A stretch of 64,000 nucleotides of DNA from Nemertoderma westbladi. Lineage: Eukaryota; Animalia; Xenacoelomorpha. How positions within the stretch are numbered: the first letter of the stretch is position 1; every line of letters starts with the position of its first letter. Below the pieces are notes generated by a model, which had not been told where the DNA came from, made no database searches, and saw only the letters and a list, made by a program, of their open reading frames with translations. Shown in pieces: positions 22,701 to 37,122 of the stretch. The stretch covers positions 1 through 64,000 of the forward strand of contig JAUCBJ010002425.1 in the NCBI GenBank assembly GCA_032718475.1, written 5' to 3'. Both the position numbers and the translations under genes were made by a program.

Positions 22701-25700
22701 GTGCACTAGGTTTAACACCCCTGTGAGCCGATCTTAAGAGTTAAATATAAAGGTAAGGTGGTAGTCTATTAGATATCATGGATTCCATTCTCTCCCAGTC
22801 AAGCTATATAGCTATTCAACTTAACGCTTCTTCGTAAAGCTTTGAGAGTATTTTATCAAGGTCTGTTAAATTTACGTTATTTGTAAGCCTGCTTATTTAT
22901 TATATTGCTTCACAACCCTAAGTTTCAGTCAAATGGCGTCTGGCTGCTGCATCCACTATCGAAGATGTCGTTGTAATTTCAAGAAATCTAAGTCAAATTT
23001 GAGATCAAAGAGATTACATTGACCTTATATTGGGTATCGCCATATGTCTGGGGTCTTTGAACTGTACATACCCAGCAGCTAAAACGTATCTAAACTTTGC
23101 TCCAGTTATAACCACCGGACTAATTCCATTGTCATTAGCTGGAGACCCCCCGCCAACTCTCTATTATTATTGTCATCAACTGTTGCTTCTCATTGTCCGT
23201 GAAGGGGTTGGCACAGGGCCACAACTGTTACAACCCTAATCCCATTCGCTATTGTTGCAATCCGAGAAGGTATGACGATTTACCGGGCTGTTTAACTAAC
23301 TGGAAATCGGAGGGATTAATTCATGCAGTTAATGAGTGCTGCTTTGTTCGATTAATATACCGGTCGGTACCAGCCGACCGTTCCGTTTCGTTTCAACACC
23401 TTTTCGCCTCCGGTCTCTTCTAATGCCCCTCACAAATATTTAAGAAAAGGAATGTATTTAACATTTCAGTTACAGTGCTTCACCACACCTACGTTAAATT
23501 TAATTTTGAATATAAAAATTCTACAGTTTATAATTTGAATTTACATTTTAATTATATATTTGATATAAGTTTTATTTATTTCAGTTACATTTTAAAACTG
23601 ATTGGTAATTAATGTCTCCATCATCATTGCCTTATATTTTCAATTCATTGCAAATGTATATCTTCAAGCAAGATCTTCACCGGTATGCAATTAACCCAAA
23701 TCCTGATAGCGACAGCCTTCAAAGCATCATTCTGAACTCTATTGCCAGATTTAACTTATTCCCATCCCCAACTCGCTGTCCATCTGTGTATATAGTACCT
23801 ACAGCTACAATACAGATTATATTTTATCAAACTGTGTTGGTCTATAGGGATATTTTAGTTCATTTTATTTTAAAGACTATCTACAGGGCCCAGATAGGGG
23901 GGCTTTCGACGCATAAAAATTCATCCTTCTCCAGGGGAAATTCGACGCAAATAAAAGCTGATTACTCTCAAAAATAAAACTGTAACCTGTTCCATTGTGT
24001 TTATTTTATTGTTTTGGTTAAAATAACGTGCCACTGTAACCTGCTCCTTTCCCTGAATTGAGAATTTAACATTGAGACGGGATATTAATTTGCCAAGATG
24101 GGATTTGCGTCCAGTCCCCCCCCCCCCCCCCCTGTCTCACTGGGCATTAATCGAATTAGTAAAGTTATATATTGCATCTCATTGCGTGAATTTTTCAGGC
24201 TGTATCTTACCGGGATTGGTCGGCCATTTCGTTTCGTGAAACTGCGGTGAAGTCGGATAGACAGATCGCGGAGTCCGTCGGTTGGAATCTTTGGGAGTCG
24301 TTCGTAAAACGTTGTCATGGTAATCTAAATAAATAGCAACAAGTTTAGGTCGCATAGTTACTGGAAATTGTGCAATCTGTGAATCTAACATGAAGCCTGA
24401 TTGTATATAGTAGCGTAATATTATACAAAATGTTATAAACACACTAAGAGAACATAGAAAACGCAAACCACTTAACGAACCACTTTTTTAGCGGGACTTA
24501 TGTAGTTGAAAAAAAATAATCAATATTCTATCCATGGGTATATAACAATAGAATCCAGATTAAGGTCCTTCAAGACCTGTAATATTTATTAATATCAGGT
24601 CATGGTCCCATCACATACGGTATTACTTTACTAACCTGTTCTCGAAAGTTCGCCATTAATTAACTTAAACAGTTCCTCGGTTCGTTCTTGAGAGTTGATT
24701 GACTCAACAATGTATTGGATATAATCGTCGCACATTAAATGAATTAAATGAAACGAACCTAAATATAAACAAAAGTAAAATTAAAATGGTAGACATGCAG
24801 AAATATAATAACAATCATTGTGATTTATATATTTTATACTTCTTATTTTAATTTGAAATTTAACGAATAATAACTTACCAAAACTCGCGGCTCCTTGGAG
24901 AGTTAGATCGCGTATAATTCTCGTCCCGAAACAAGACCATATGAGTAGGAACTGTCTAGTAATGTGTCTGCACCTGTTGGGTGTTTCGTAACTGGGGTCC
25001 TTCACACATCTCTGCACCATTGAGTCCATCCATTCTATATAAGCGTCCATGGAACCTTTGCTTTGGAGAATATCCTCAAACTCATTGCACACTGTAAGGA
25101 ACACAAATTGTTAGTTCAATTATTCCTGATATATTTTACGAACTTGAATGTACCTTTAAGGGCTGAAACTCTTAATCGCATAAAAGCTTTAAATATAACA
25201 GAGATGAGGCTACTGTAGCATGCATAATATAAATTCACACGTACTTAACGCGCTCCAAATAAAATTATACCATATTATTATCATTTTGAAATTAAAGTTT
25301 CACTAACATTGTGATTGGCAAATTGTTAGATTATGAAATTATTAAATTTAATGAGATCAAATAGTATGAAAATTTTCACTATTAAAGAGCCTCGTTTCTT
25401 TATGTAAATTTCCTTCAGTGCTCGAGTGGTTCATATCGCCGAAAAGTGATTGTTTTCATGGAAAGGTTTTAATAGTTATTAAATCTGTCAACATAAATTA
25501 TTTTAAATTTAAAATTAGTTGAAGAAGATGGGTATAATACTTACATGCAATAAGTAAATCATAGTAATTCTGTTTGCAGCAATCCATACTGTATAAAGTC
25601 TGTCTGATTATTGAATTTAAATCGATTGTCTGCCAATCATCCAACATCTTTGAGGTCATATCATTGGAACCGATTACCGTTTTCGAAGCTTGGCACAAGT

Positions 25701-28700
25701 GATTCAGGGAGAGTTGTCGCTTGAGAACTTGAGAGAAACGATGGGCCACTGCGCGAAATACGATAAAATTATAAAATAAAATAAAGTTATATTATTTAAG
25801 TAATAAATAAACTCCGAAGGAGAAAAATAAAAAAAATAGCCAGTGATACCTTACACATAGGTAGTTCTCACATACAAGTACAAAATCAAATCAAAATCAA
25901 ATCAAACAAATCTTTGACATGATCTGATCATATATATAAATGAGAAAGCTGGAGGAAATGTGTATAATATAAATAAGCTTACAATCAAATTTCATAACTC
26001 GTAGATCGTTGGGTAATCCCTCCATTGATATATCCAGCCAGGAGTTCATAGAGGATGCGAAACCTTTAATTACTTGAATCAGGCTCTCGGGTAAGGGCTG
26101 CATGATATTGGGCATGAGTACGCCACATATAGCCTGAAAGAACAATAGCAAACGACAATAAGTACGCCACAAGTGCGCTACATATCTTGAAACAACAATA
26201 ACAAGTGGATAAAAGTACACACATACATTAAACAGCAAACTACAGAATATAAGGATGCAACATTCACTGTAATAGGCAAGAGGAACGCGGTACAGTAACA
26301 GAGATGCGTCACAGACAAGCATTTAATTAAAGACCACGATAGTGAAATTATAAAATTAATATACCAGTAACTTCACATTACCTTGTAGAGAATAGAATCA
26401 CAGATGCCCACTAAATGAACAATGATTGGTTTGTGAATAATAGAGTTTACATGGGGCGGCATTCCTTGCCAGAAGTGTAGCAGGAAGTTGTGGACATCGT
26501 CGAAGTTAGCTCGGATAACGGTGTCCAATATCCTCTGACAATGGGTCCGGTACATCATCATAAAGGTGACAACCTAATAAATATTGAATTATTAATTATT
26601 TAATTGGCGACGGGTTAAATAAAGGAGACCTGGAACGTCTAAACAAGTCTACAAGTACGATGAGAGTACTATAAGAGAACCTACGATTGTTTCAAATATA
26701 ATATTTATTTATATTATTTATTATTTGGTACAATTTAACCTTTGACCGCGGGACATCTTCTGGTAGTTTTAGTTCCTCTACATTGGGGAACTCAGGTAAA
26801 AGCGTTCCGAGTTTAGATCGAGGCGAGTACGTGATGGTTTGTCGGTGGTTCTCTCGTTTATTCATTTCCATAGCCCTGTAAATATTAAATATAATAGTTA
26901 ATCGCACAAAGATGATAGGTTATTAAAACATTCCGCCATTTCTACCATACCGATGTGTTGTTAACATTGTTGCGCATAGTAACCGAATCTACGCACCCTT
27001 CGTTCCCTCTTTTGGAGTAAATCAACTCGAAATATTTCGAGTTTTCCCGAATCGCTATTCCGTAGTAGTGGTACTTGGATTGGCCTCGTGTTCCCAATCG
27101 CCTTGTGGTCAGTTGGGTAAATTGTTGCCTCATAATCTACAAAAAAATATGCCAGTTATCATGGGCTGATATTGTAAAATTAATGCAACTCATATTAGTC
27201 GGAATGATATATACAAATATATATCTGCGATAAAAGTATTTAAAATATATATGTAAAGAGGACGGAAATTAAATTATGTCGAATCTTAATGTCAATATAA
27301 ATTGAAATTGGATTTTAGAAACACAAAAGTCACATATATTCTACCGATTAGATTACGGATTTTAAATTTTTACCAAATTTCTTAAGGAGGATTTTCGACG
27401 CAATAAAAATACATCCCTAGTTTATTTGGAAGGATTTATTTCTATAGATGCACTGCATTATTAATCATTCAATCATTAAATGATATAACTAAACTGCAGT
27501 AAAAACATACCTTTCCGAAACTGGCAGCATTAACAGGTTGCATGTCTGTTTCTTCGCAATAGTCAAGGTAATGGTAATATAATGTACTTCGCGGAATGCA
27601 AACACCATCGCATAACTCGTAGTTCTGGTCTAACCTGAATACAAAAATAAAATCACAGTGAAATTCGATCACGGAATATACATAGAAGCGCTACAAAGTA
27701 GCTCAAGGATCATATTTCATCCTAAGCATTAATTTAATTTAATTAAATATGACCATAATATAATAACTCGATAACTTGAGTTGAGTTCGTTGTATAGGTT
27801 AGTAATTTAGTAAATTTTTGATTGAATCAAATAACAATGACATATTGGCCCGGTAATGGGGTAATAATTAAGACATAGTTTTTTAATCTATTTTTTTGTC
27901 GAATTCTACGGTCCAAAAAACTGTAAACCAAACCCATGCAAATGAATCGATTTGACGATAATGATATTAAAAATGTTATTTGTGTTTAATGATAGCTATA
28001 AACCTTACCATTCCAAGGTTAGTGGCGTCGAATGCGGAATGGCTCCGTGCTGTTTTAAACGATTAATTCTCATTTCATCTAAAAAAAATAATAGGAAAAA
28101 ATTACATGTCGGAAGTCATTGCAAGAACCCTCGGTACGAAATAAATTCTGCTGAACTGACAGACATATTTCTACATTCTACCCCGAACCGACCCACTGCT
28201 AATTCCACTTACTGTCCGTACTTCTACCGAACCGACCCAATTTGACTGACTGTCTCTATTTCATACTTTTTACATACCCAACTCTAGATCGTAGTCGTTA
28301 GTAGAAGAACTGACTTCTCCGTGACTGATGGAACTGCTAGAATTCTCGTTGGAATGGAGGAGAGTGTGGTGGGTTGGGTAGGAGGAATCAGCTGGACTAC
28401 TGGTTGGTTCGCCAATCAAAGTTAACGTCGTCGGCTCAGGACATTCTGATTCGCTTGAGTCATCCAAACTGGCCGGTCTGCAGTGGGTCGACTCCATCAC
28501 AGTGTTAGAGAATATACCCGTGTCTGGAGGGGTCAACGGACCCAGACAGGTCTGGTTCATTAGACCGGTATGCCTCTCGGCACTTTTCTGATTCCGACTT
28601 AAACACGACTCTATCCATGACTCTATCAGAGACAATAATAGAAAATAAGATTGTAGTAAGCCATTTACATACATGTGTGTACGATGTACGTATGCATGCG

Positions 28701-30551
28701 TACAGTGCACGCACACAATGATATTGTAAATTGTCACACTTTCAACCATAAACGCAGTCATCGGAATTGCACGTTATGAGTACAACTAAAGCCACGAGCA
28801 CTAGTAGTAACACTACCACTATACGATGAGATTGCTGGTGAAAAACAGCATCGAATTAAACTTTTGTTGTACCAGAATATCTCAAATTTTATAATTATGC
28901 TTTTATAGAGCATGCAAGTATAAAAAGGTTTTTTAGGTGTAGGCCCATCTAATATAAAAAAACAAACCAAAGATATTAAAACGTTGAAAATCCGTGATTT
29001 AGGTTAGTGGTATTATACGTGTAAGTAAGGTCCGTCGCCATGATCTCAACTTCTGGATAGTTCTGAAAGAGGACAAATATTACCGAAAGTTATGCGAAGG
29101 TTATCGAAAAGGTTAAAGTAGGGGTGAAAACTATCCCACCTATCCATTCACTGATAGGGGGAACGTTTCGCACTTTCATCGTTCGATAGCATTCATAAAC
29201 AAAATGATGGGGGTTATAATTCACATAATTGCCGTTTAATTTCAAATACCCTTTCGCGAAATATAAATTATCCAATACACTAAGGGGAAGGGCTCTACTA
29301 CTGTACTGCTACAGTGTTATACTTGTTTATTAAACCTGAGCTATGTATTCAGTTACTTAATTACCAGAGGTCCGTACAGCAGTAGGCTACTCTGCGGTCC
29401 CTACCCTGCTACCATCAGACGCAGACCGGCTACCGTGACCGTCTGAACAGTAGACCGCGTGGCGGCGTATTATAGCATTGAGGATGGCCTATACATTACA
29501 AACTCTTATAATATTATTAAAGCGAAATTCGATTCGGTAACTGTAATACTGAACCAGTACCAGTACTGCTGCTGCAGTAGCCCAGCCTAGCACTGTATTA
29601 CTACTGTAGTACAACCCTTACTGCTGTACTGTATCAGTGAATGTATATTTCGCGAAGGTTTATTTTGAATTAAACGGGAATTATTAGAATTAGAGTCCAT
29701 ATCTTTTTTGTTTATGAATACTATCGGAGGCTGAAAGTGCGTAATGTGCCCCTTATCAGTAAATGGATAGCTTTCGCCCCTGTTTTAAGTTTTTCGATAA
29801 CTTTTTCATAACTTTCGGTAACTTTCGTTAGCTTTCGCCTTTCGGTAATTGTCCTCTTTCAGAACTATCCTCAACTTCTCCAATGAATAAACTCTCGCAG
29901 TCAAAACTAACGGCGTTAAGTACCGTAATGGTACAATTGAGGGATAAATTACATTTATTAATTACACACAATAATATTAATAATGAATTATAAGAAATTC
30001 ATATTCATATAAATCTAGAGGGATCACTGCTATATCGCCGTGGGGATCAGTCCGTTCACAATAACTTTCCAATGAACTTGAGAACATGGCCAAGCTTGGA
30101 GATAGTATATTACGGAAGCCCTGAAGGGCCATGTTGCGCGTTAGAAATGATTGTATATTTTTATGTTTTATTTTTTATTATACGGTTTCAATTTATTGTA
30201 TGCGCGCGACGCTTAGAACCACATGTTGTGTAGGCCTATGTGAAATTAGAGGGAAATTTGAAAGCCATTTAGTATCCATTGTATTATTACTGTACTCCTA
30301 CAGACTGCAGTAGCAGTCTATGGAATACAATAATATTAAGTGTTTAGCTGTTGCCTTTTTTGAATTACCCCTCAATTTTGAATTTCTAAACGTTTTCTAA
30401 ACATAACCAAAGTTTGTTGTTCTACATAACCGCATACAAACAATACAACATACGTAGGTCTAACCGTCGCGCACACAGAAGAACTAGTCAAAAATGAGCA
30501 ATATAACTAACCTGTACTCCAGTATTGATGCCTATAATCTCTAGTGGGCAT
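19774..30551 (-). CDS. RFX4: Regulatory factor X4, 14 exons: 30512-30551, 28278-28622, 28009-28078, 27511-27634, 26997-27136, 26740-26875, 26382-26573, 25983-26133, 25545-25748, 24879-25091, 24636-24758, 24211-24324, 21685-21790, 19774-20026 (2211 nt, 736 aa)
   Basis: N-terminal STESWIE motif; winged-helix DBD ([10 protein letters not shown]...GVCIPRS...PVNAASFGK...[17 protein letters not shown]); [12 protein letters not shown]; [19 protein letters not shown] dimerisation region. All introns are GT-AG with consistent phases. Exons 1 and 12-14 rest on splice sites and phase rather than recognisable homology. Confidence 0.9.
20391..20404 (+). promoter_or_regulatory. X-box (RFX binding site) GTTGTTATGGTAAC
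   Basis: Fits the X-box consensus GTHNYY-AT-RRNAAC; lies ~215 bp upstream of the nested ORF at 20619. Confidence 0.6.
20619..21284 (+). CDS. Orphan single-exon 221-aa basic Arg/Lys/Pro-rich protein, nested antisense in RFX4 intron 13
   Basis: 666-bp ATG-to-stop ORF with higher GC than its flanks, no repeat or TE motifs, and an upstream X-box. Confidence 0.65.
   Translation: MSLDHPSARMMNHVPRFEDVNSYSVRQSFKQPFRPNSRPNRMTHVIRHPKDYLRKPTYCRNKPTQKFNNPLWYLGYAGKTMAKPTARSTDVVLSEILGADRNKHKYSDAWKLLGEKRPRNRHYKRSPRPQWTGFQENINPKREATKRPPELPHICSPKVKYRRYNTGLPVAVRNYTTDGFESAPTWMCMEPAEKAGDNVSQWQKTRTRIHFTKPFDPIEEL
21836..22100 (+). mobile_element. 5' fragment of the TGTGGGGC family
   Basis: TGTGGGGCGAGCCACGAA start, GTC-rich microsatellite, and a core similar to the reverse complement of 60700-60760. 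Confidence 0.65.
22118..22693 (-). pseudogene. Non-LTR (RTE-like) reverse transcriptase fragment, disrupted
   Basis: [23 protein letters not shown] and FCYLGSWI...[13 protein letters not shown] lie in different frames. Confidence 0.85.
29055..29870. mobile_element. Foldback MITE with 9-bp TSD (MULE- or Merlin-like) in RFX4 intron 1
   Basis: TIR GGATAGTTCTGAAAGAGGACAA, extending imperfectly for ~200 bp; TSD TCAACTTCT at 29046-29054 and 29871-29879. Confidence 0.9.
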
Positions 30552-33500
30552 CTTATAATTGATACAATATGAAGATGATTATCAACTTTAAATAATACAG
30601 AAGTTGGAAGCGAAAACAAAAATAATTTTCAGATTAATCGTAGAACAAAATGTGAGCGTAACGTGTATTGCAAATTGCCCTCATTATCTTCCTCAACGGC
30701 ACTGAGCCATTTCATTGGCTACTGTAGTTGCAAGGAAGCTGTTACTCATTGGCCAAGCGCAGGGCCAATTTGTAATCTTTGTAAGTTAGGCATCCTTTCA
30801 TTCATGGTGTTCACTGTTAATGCAACCTTCTGGTTGTTAGGGAATCTTGGACGTTTCCGTTTACTTTACATTATTCTGATCAGATCAGTGATGGTGACAG
30901 GGAGAGACACCGCAGTAACGTATTAAAATAATTGTAACTATACTTTTGCGAACGTTGCACTTTTCCTTGCATGGTGCTACAGTGGCGAAAGGTACTGATT
31001 ACCGGTACCAGTACTGATGTTGGAGGTACAGCCCACGCCTTATTCCTAAAAGCAGATGGGAAGGAAGTCTCATAAGGAGATTCCAATAATATCAATATCT
31101 TCATTAAATAATACCCTTCGTTCTTCATGAAATATATGTTCTACTTTCCATGAAAATAACTTACGCAATGGAGTAATCTAAATAAATACCTTTTCACTAT
31201 ACACAAAGACTGTATGGTGGATTGGTCTACCCTCCTAAAGTCTAAACAATTTTACTAATAATTTGGCAAAAATGATATTTTGGTATCCTCTGAAAGCTAA
31301 AGACGAATTCTATCGATTACCAATGATTTTATGGATCTGTAACTCACAAATGAAGTGTGCGTGTCTACATGAATATGATGGCGCTGTTTATACCATGTAA
31401 GTTTAGCTTTATGACGTTGGCTCATTTGACCTGAGAATTTTACATATTTTGACATGCATTTTTAAATATATTTATTCTTGCAGCGCTGGATTTTTGTGTA
31501 AAATAATTTTTTTGTTATTGTTTTGAAAAAAATAAGCAACAAAGAGGAATTTAGGTAATATGTTTAACTATCAATTATGTTGGAGCAAAGCTTGTACCCT
31601 AGATATTCTTGTGTGAAAATCTTGGATCGCTACTGCAGTTGAGTATCGCACATAGAGGACCTAGGGCCTACATCGCTTTAGGCCTAAGTAACTTACCTAT
31701 TTCTGGAGGCCGCAAGAAAGGCCCAAACAACCATGTGGTTTCAATTACAGAATTTAATTAGGATTTCTAAACCCTCTTGAAGTATTTTTCCAGTTTTTGA
31801 ATAGACCCATTTAAGGACAGTAACTAAGGTAACTGAGACGCCTAACCTATACACTGGTTGGTACTGAAGCCACTTGTATCTCAGAAACCCTGTGTGAAGT
31901 GGGGCCACCCTTCCCCTACCCTAGCAGCTACCCGCCATCATTCTATTAACAGTCTCCATAACAATGTTTTGCTAGGGTTCACTCCAGAATCCAATTTGCT
32001 CCATTGTGATGGGCCCCGCCTTTGTAAGAGCCAGCAGCTCCGGGGCTGTAACAGCATTTGTTTGCCTGTAAGTGGTCATTAACTATAATAAGAAGCCGGT
32101 ACCCTTTCCAGATCGGTTGGTTTCGGCCAATTATTAACTCACAGGTCTTTAATAGGATAACCCTGTATTTGAGAAAGTTTCGGATTTCCTTAGCAGCAAA
32201 AGTTACAAAGGTGGAAATTATATGAATAGCTGTATCTGTAACATTTTGTAATGCGATTTATCCTTTATAAGTATAAGTAAAGTACATCACCACGTCCACG
32301 TAATTTGTATTGCTCAAAACCCATGACAAAGAAAGCGCTCTCATCGGCACTTTCTTTTTGTTTTTCCGGCGTTTGTAATCTCGACTTTGCAAAACTTAGG
32401 AGGAACACATCAAATTGGCTGGACTGGTTTCTACACCTAAACATTCGATCAAGTTGGTTTCCTTGGATTTGTAAACTCTTCAGACGACTTTGCAAGTCTT
32501 TGAAAAAACAAAAAATCACCAAACACCATTTAGGTGAGCATTTTGGTTAAGTATATATTATTTTAACATCACAATCCGCATCTGGGGCATCAAACTTGTT
32601 GTTTCGAATGTGACACATGAAGCATCTTTTTACAGGAAATAGCGAGCGACATCGCAATGGCATGATAGATACAGTACAGTAGTTAGCATTGGAGGTGTAC
32701 GACTTTGTGGTGGCACCTGTGCTTTTATACGATTAAACGACTTTACTGCACATCGTGTAATTATTAAAGTAGCTATGCGTCATCTGTTTCGCAGAAAGCA
32801 GGATTTACCATCAGGTGATCCAGTGTAATCACTGCGTTGCGTGTAGGTGTTAGTTACAACGCTAAGGGCCATTCAACGATTAAACGATTTTTCTTAATAT
32901 CAAGTGGTACCATTTGACAGTGGGGGTTCCAGGTTAGTACAGTAGTAGTGGGATTAAAGGGAGAGCTAAGCTAAACTCCATTGCTGCAGTGATGGTGGCA
33001 TGTGTGGAACAGCCAGAAAATCTATTTTTGATGAAAGAGTGTTAGCGGACATTATTCCATTGGAGATGGAGAGTATTCACTCTTAAATTTTAAAATAAAT
33101 ATTACAGAGTAAGTACTGTAGTTATTATTGAATAATTAATTGGTTTATTATTATTATATCTACTACTGTATCAGGAACCTTTCACTTACTAATAATTAAT
33201 TGTTACTCATTATTGTATTTCATGGGGCGCAATATTATTTCACACTGTAAAATTAAGTTGATATCGTACTTGCTTTCAGTGACTTTGACGATAAATAGAT
33301 AATCGTGTCTGAGAAAGTAAATCCCCGCTAGGTATCGTCGTACGGGACCGAAATATGTTACTTAATTAATCGTTTTTGTTTTTGTATCAGTTACTTAGAT
33401 GAAGGGCTGTTAGTCTCACTCAGTATGGTACCGCCACTTTGTTCTAATGTAACATTTATTAGTATTCGCTGCTGGTGCAATTCCGATGTGTCACAGCGAC

Positions 33501-34798
33501 ACAGCGGTAACGAGGAGGAGTCATATTAAACACCCGCCATCAGGTTTTAGTAGATTTGGCACTTCGTGTAAAATATTAGGATATATATAAGCAATATATT
33601 TGAAACTATGTAGATCGGAATGTTGGCAGAGCAAAGCTTCCGAGTGGTGCAAGTCTCTAGCAAAACACGGACAGGCAGATAAACTGTACAAGTGCGAAGT
33701 GGGTACATACTCTACAGTATTAAAGAGAAATCACTACTACAATGGTGTTGATGGCATCAGGGTTAGTTAGATTTAGTAACACTTTCGACTTTGGTGCCAA
33801 TTTTCCAGAAACTGTAGGCTACATACATTTTAGTTATTCCACTATTGACAATCTTTATTGTCTTAGTATAGAGAGGGTACAGTATGGTCAATCTTGCCGT
33901 TACTGGGTAAAAGGTTTTAATGTACTGTACCTCCCGTGATGATGTTGTTACCTAACATATTGATGTCTCACGCTGTGGGGCGAGCCACGAAGTCAGCGAT
34001 CCCTTAACATAGTCAAAGTCTAATTTTTGATCGCTAATAACTCAGTCATTCTTTTGCTGAAATTAAACCAAACTTGGTACGTATGTATGTACTAACAGTA
34101 GTCCGTCAAAAGCTTAGAAAGAATCGGAAGTTTGGTCAAAAATCAGACAGTCTGTCAGTCGCTACCAGTAGTTTTTCAAATTACGACGACAGACAACTCG
34201 CCTGTCTGACAGCGCAACAGCTCCTATATGCTGATAGTAGGCTCTTGTAGCGCCATAGCTTTTACCGTTACATAAAGCAAATGTCAATAGTGCCTAGCAA
34301 CCAGTCCAGCTTTGAGTTGAGATACAAATTGGCAATAATACAGGCATTGCTCGGACATTTTGAAAATAATTTTTGTACTGAAGTAGATTTTTCTTAACTT
34401 TCCGATTTGGACTGTGTTTGACCCAACTGGTTATATTTGGAATGTGTTTGAATGTATGCAAAATAATAATAATAATAATACAAAAATTGCCGAGTCGTTA
34501 TTAATTAAGGAAGCGACTTCCCCCTTACTTAATAAATAGTCTGAGTTGGGGGATATATTGCAACTTTGGTATTAAATATCGGCGGGAAATGTAAATTTAA
34601 CTTTCTGTGCTTTATTAAATACAGTTTTTCACTAAATAAAATACAAATTCTGTACTGCACTGTGTGTATTGTGTACTGTGTGTACTGTATTGTACTGTAC
34701 TGTAATGTATGTAGCCTACAAATTCCAATTATTTTCCTCTGTTTAAAGGCTTATCGCTTAAACTGTGTTACAGTATTCATTTAGATTTAGATTAATTT

Positions 34799-34837
34799 AC
34801 ACCTGATGATGAATTACATATTCGAAACGCGTTGTGT
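34799..34837 (+). ncRNA. Minimal type I hammerhead ribozyme motif
   Basis: ACAC-CTGATGA-T-GAAT(TACAT)ATTC-GAAA-CGCG-TT-GTGT: 4-bp stem I, stem II, palindromic stem III ACGCGT, GUU cleavage triplet. Confidence 0.65.
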
Positions 34838-36553
34838 TTTATTATATCAATATGCTTATTAATTTCGTAAAATTTCTTTAGAATTTCTAGCAATAAATAT
34901 ATGTTCGACAACAATTCTTTTTGTTGCATGGGATTTTGGTCTTTTGGCACTTTTGTCACATTTTTTTGGCCCATTTGAAGAATACCAGACTTCTGCCGTT
35001 ATATTTCACTTTGCAGTTACCCCTATGTGAATAATACCATGTTTTCACCAAAAACAAAGGTTACAGAAGGGCTGAATCTAACCAAAACAATAGACGAATT
35101 AGTATATGTACAGGTTATAAGACAGAAATAAGCGCTGTAAAACACTTAATAAAAATAAATTAAAAAAAATAAAAAATCTTCATATATAAAATTCCAATAA
35201 AAAGTCGACCGAAAAGTCAAATCCTGGTATTCTTCACATGGGCGCAATTTTTCGCTAAGCCACTCCACTAATTATAATTGAAGTATTGCCGATTGATGTG
35301 GCGATTTAGCCGTATTGTAGTGAGTCCATACGCACTCTGACAAATGTCGTTTCAAGGTTCGCAGGTTTATATCAGTATATATTCTAGTCAGTTAATAAAC
35401 GCTGTTATTAAACCGATATACCTTTAAAACTAAGCAAGAAATCGAAAAACAGTTTGAAGTTTTGAATTCACCACCAAATTTTGTCATGAAATAAATAAAA
35501 AAAATACTTTGTATTTTTTTACCCTTCTCGTTAAAACCTTCAGATTTTAGTTGACATTGTCAACGGAATGAAAATTCATCCCCCTCCAGGGGGAAAATCG
35601 ACAAAAATAACTGCCGATTACTCCTAAAAATAAAACTGTACAGTAATCTCTTCTAATGTCTTTCTACGGTGGCTGATCTTTGTCAATTAATTATTTTTTT
35701 TTCAGAAGTTCTCTATGACGTCATAATTTTTGGTCGAAAATAAATTTATTTATTTGAAATGTACTTAAAGTAACCAATTAACGGCCTGTGCATGTGCAAA
35801 TCTCGCCCTACAAGGTGGGCGATCGGTACCTGCGCCGTGTTCCCACGGTTACGATATCTCAAACTCGTAAGTATAAAAACTGTACCGGTAGAAGTTGCAG
35901 CTGTACAGAGTAAAGGAGTAAAGAAGAAAATAAATACAAAAGGAAATAGGCATACAACAAGCGGGTCCCGGAAGGAACATTGACTGAATGATTCCATGGA
36001 GGGAAATTTAAATGTAATAGTTGACTACTATCGCCAGTTGAGTTAGACACTAACACATTTAGGCAGTTAGGTATTTTGTAATATATAATAATAATCATCT
36101 TATTAATCTTTTGTTTAATCGGAAAAAATAATTAAAAAAAATAAATTACTTTTCTTTTTCTGGGATTAGAACCCTTGACCTCAAGATTAAGTGACTAATA
36201 TAAGTGACTAATCCCCCCCCCCCCCCCCACCCCCTACTAATGTTTTTCAAATTCCAATCATATGCTACTAAATTTGGTATGAAGGTAGTTCAATGGCAAT
36301 ATTTGCCGTCTTTATTTGTATTGATTTATTTATACTTTATTTGTCGTCTTTGGAATGTAATCTAGATATCATGAGAACTGCCTGACTGCCTTCATCTGCA
36401 GATTCCGATTCTGAAAACCGGTCTAAATTTTACCAAAAATAACTAGAGATATATAAGCGGTCTAAAAGGTCTAAATACTAAGTGTAAATATTTACCATAT
36501 ATTTGGTGAACATAAATTAGGAGTAGCAGTTGATCGTTAAAGATTACTTATAT

Positions 36554-36624
36554 CCCATCCCATCCCATCCCATCCCACCCCATCCCATCCCATCCCATCC
36601 CATCCCATCCCACCCCATCCCATC
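36554..36624. repeat. (CCCAT)n microsatellite
   Basis: Directly visible; a similar (CCCCAT)n run lies at ~19401-19480. Confidence 0.9.
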
Positions 36625-36888
36625 AATAAATGCGCTATATACTGTATATTATGAGCACTATATGTTCATATTAATATTTATTATTTTTATTTAACGCCAT
36701 GTTTCCAGGCGAAAGTTCTAGAATATAATTCTATAACCAAGATACATGGGCCCGCAATATCATCACTATCCTACGACGGACGTACAGATAGGAAGACTGG
36801 AAGACTAATTGACGGATACGGGATACACCGTATTGGCGTTCGCCGACTTTGATGAAGAAGATCTCAAGCAACTAATCAACCCTGACGG

Positions 36889-37122
36889 TTACGTTCGTTG
36901 ATGTACATATAAGTTACTCTTCTTGGTGAACGTGGTACCACACACCATGCAGTCTATTACTGCCGATGGCGACGAGTCATCTTCGCTTCCTTCGCATTTC
37001 CTCTTACGACCTCTAACGGTAACAACTTCTTGATCGTGAACAGTTTTACGATGTTTGTTTAAATTACCGACACATGAAAATAATTTGTCACAAATACTAC
37101 AGGATGTGGATGAGTCTTCCAT
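36889..37122 (-). pseudogene. Truncated C2H2 zinc-finger ORF, probably the N-terminus of the element's transposase
   Basis: CSICDKLFSCVGNLNKHRKTVH and CMVCGTTFTKKSNLYVHQRT*, starting just inside the right TIR. Confidence 0.7.

Noticed and set aside
32265-32650. Possible degraded transposase C-terminus (KRCFMCH on the minus strand)
   Set aside because: Too short and fragmented to assign.
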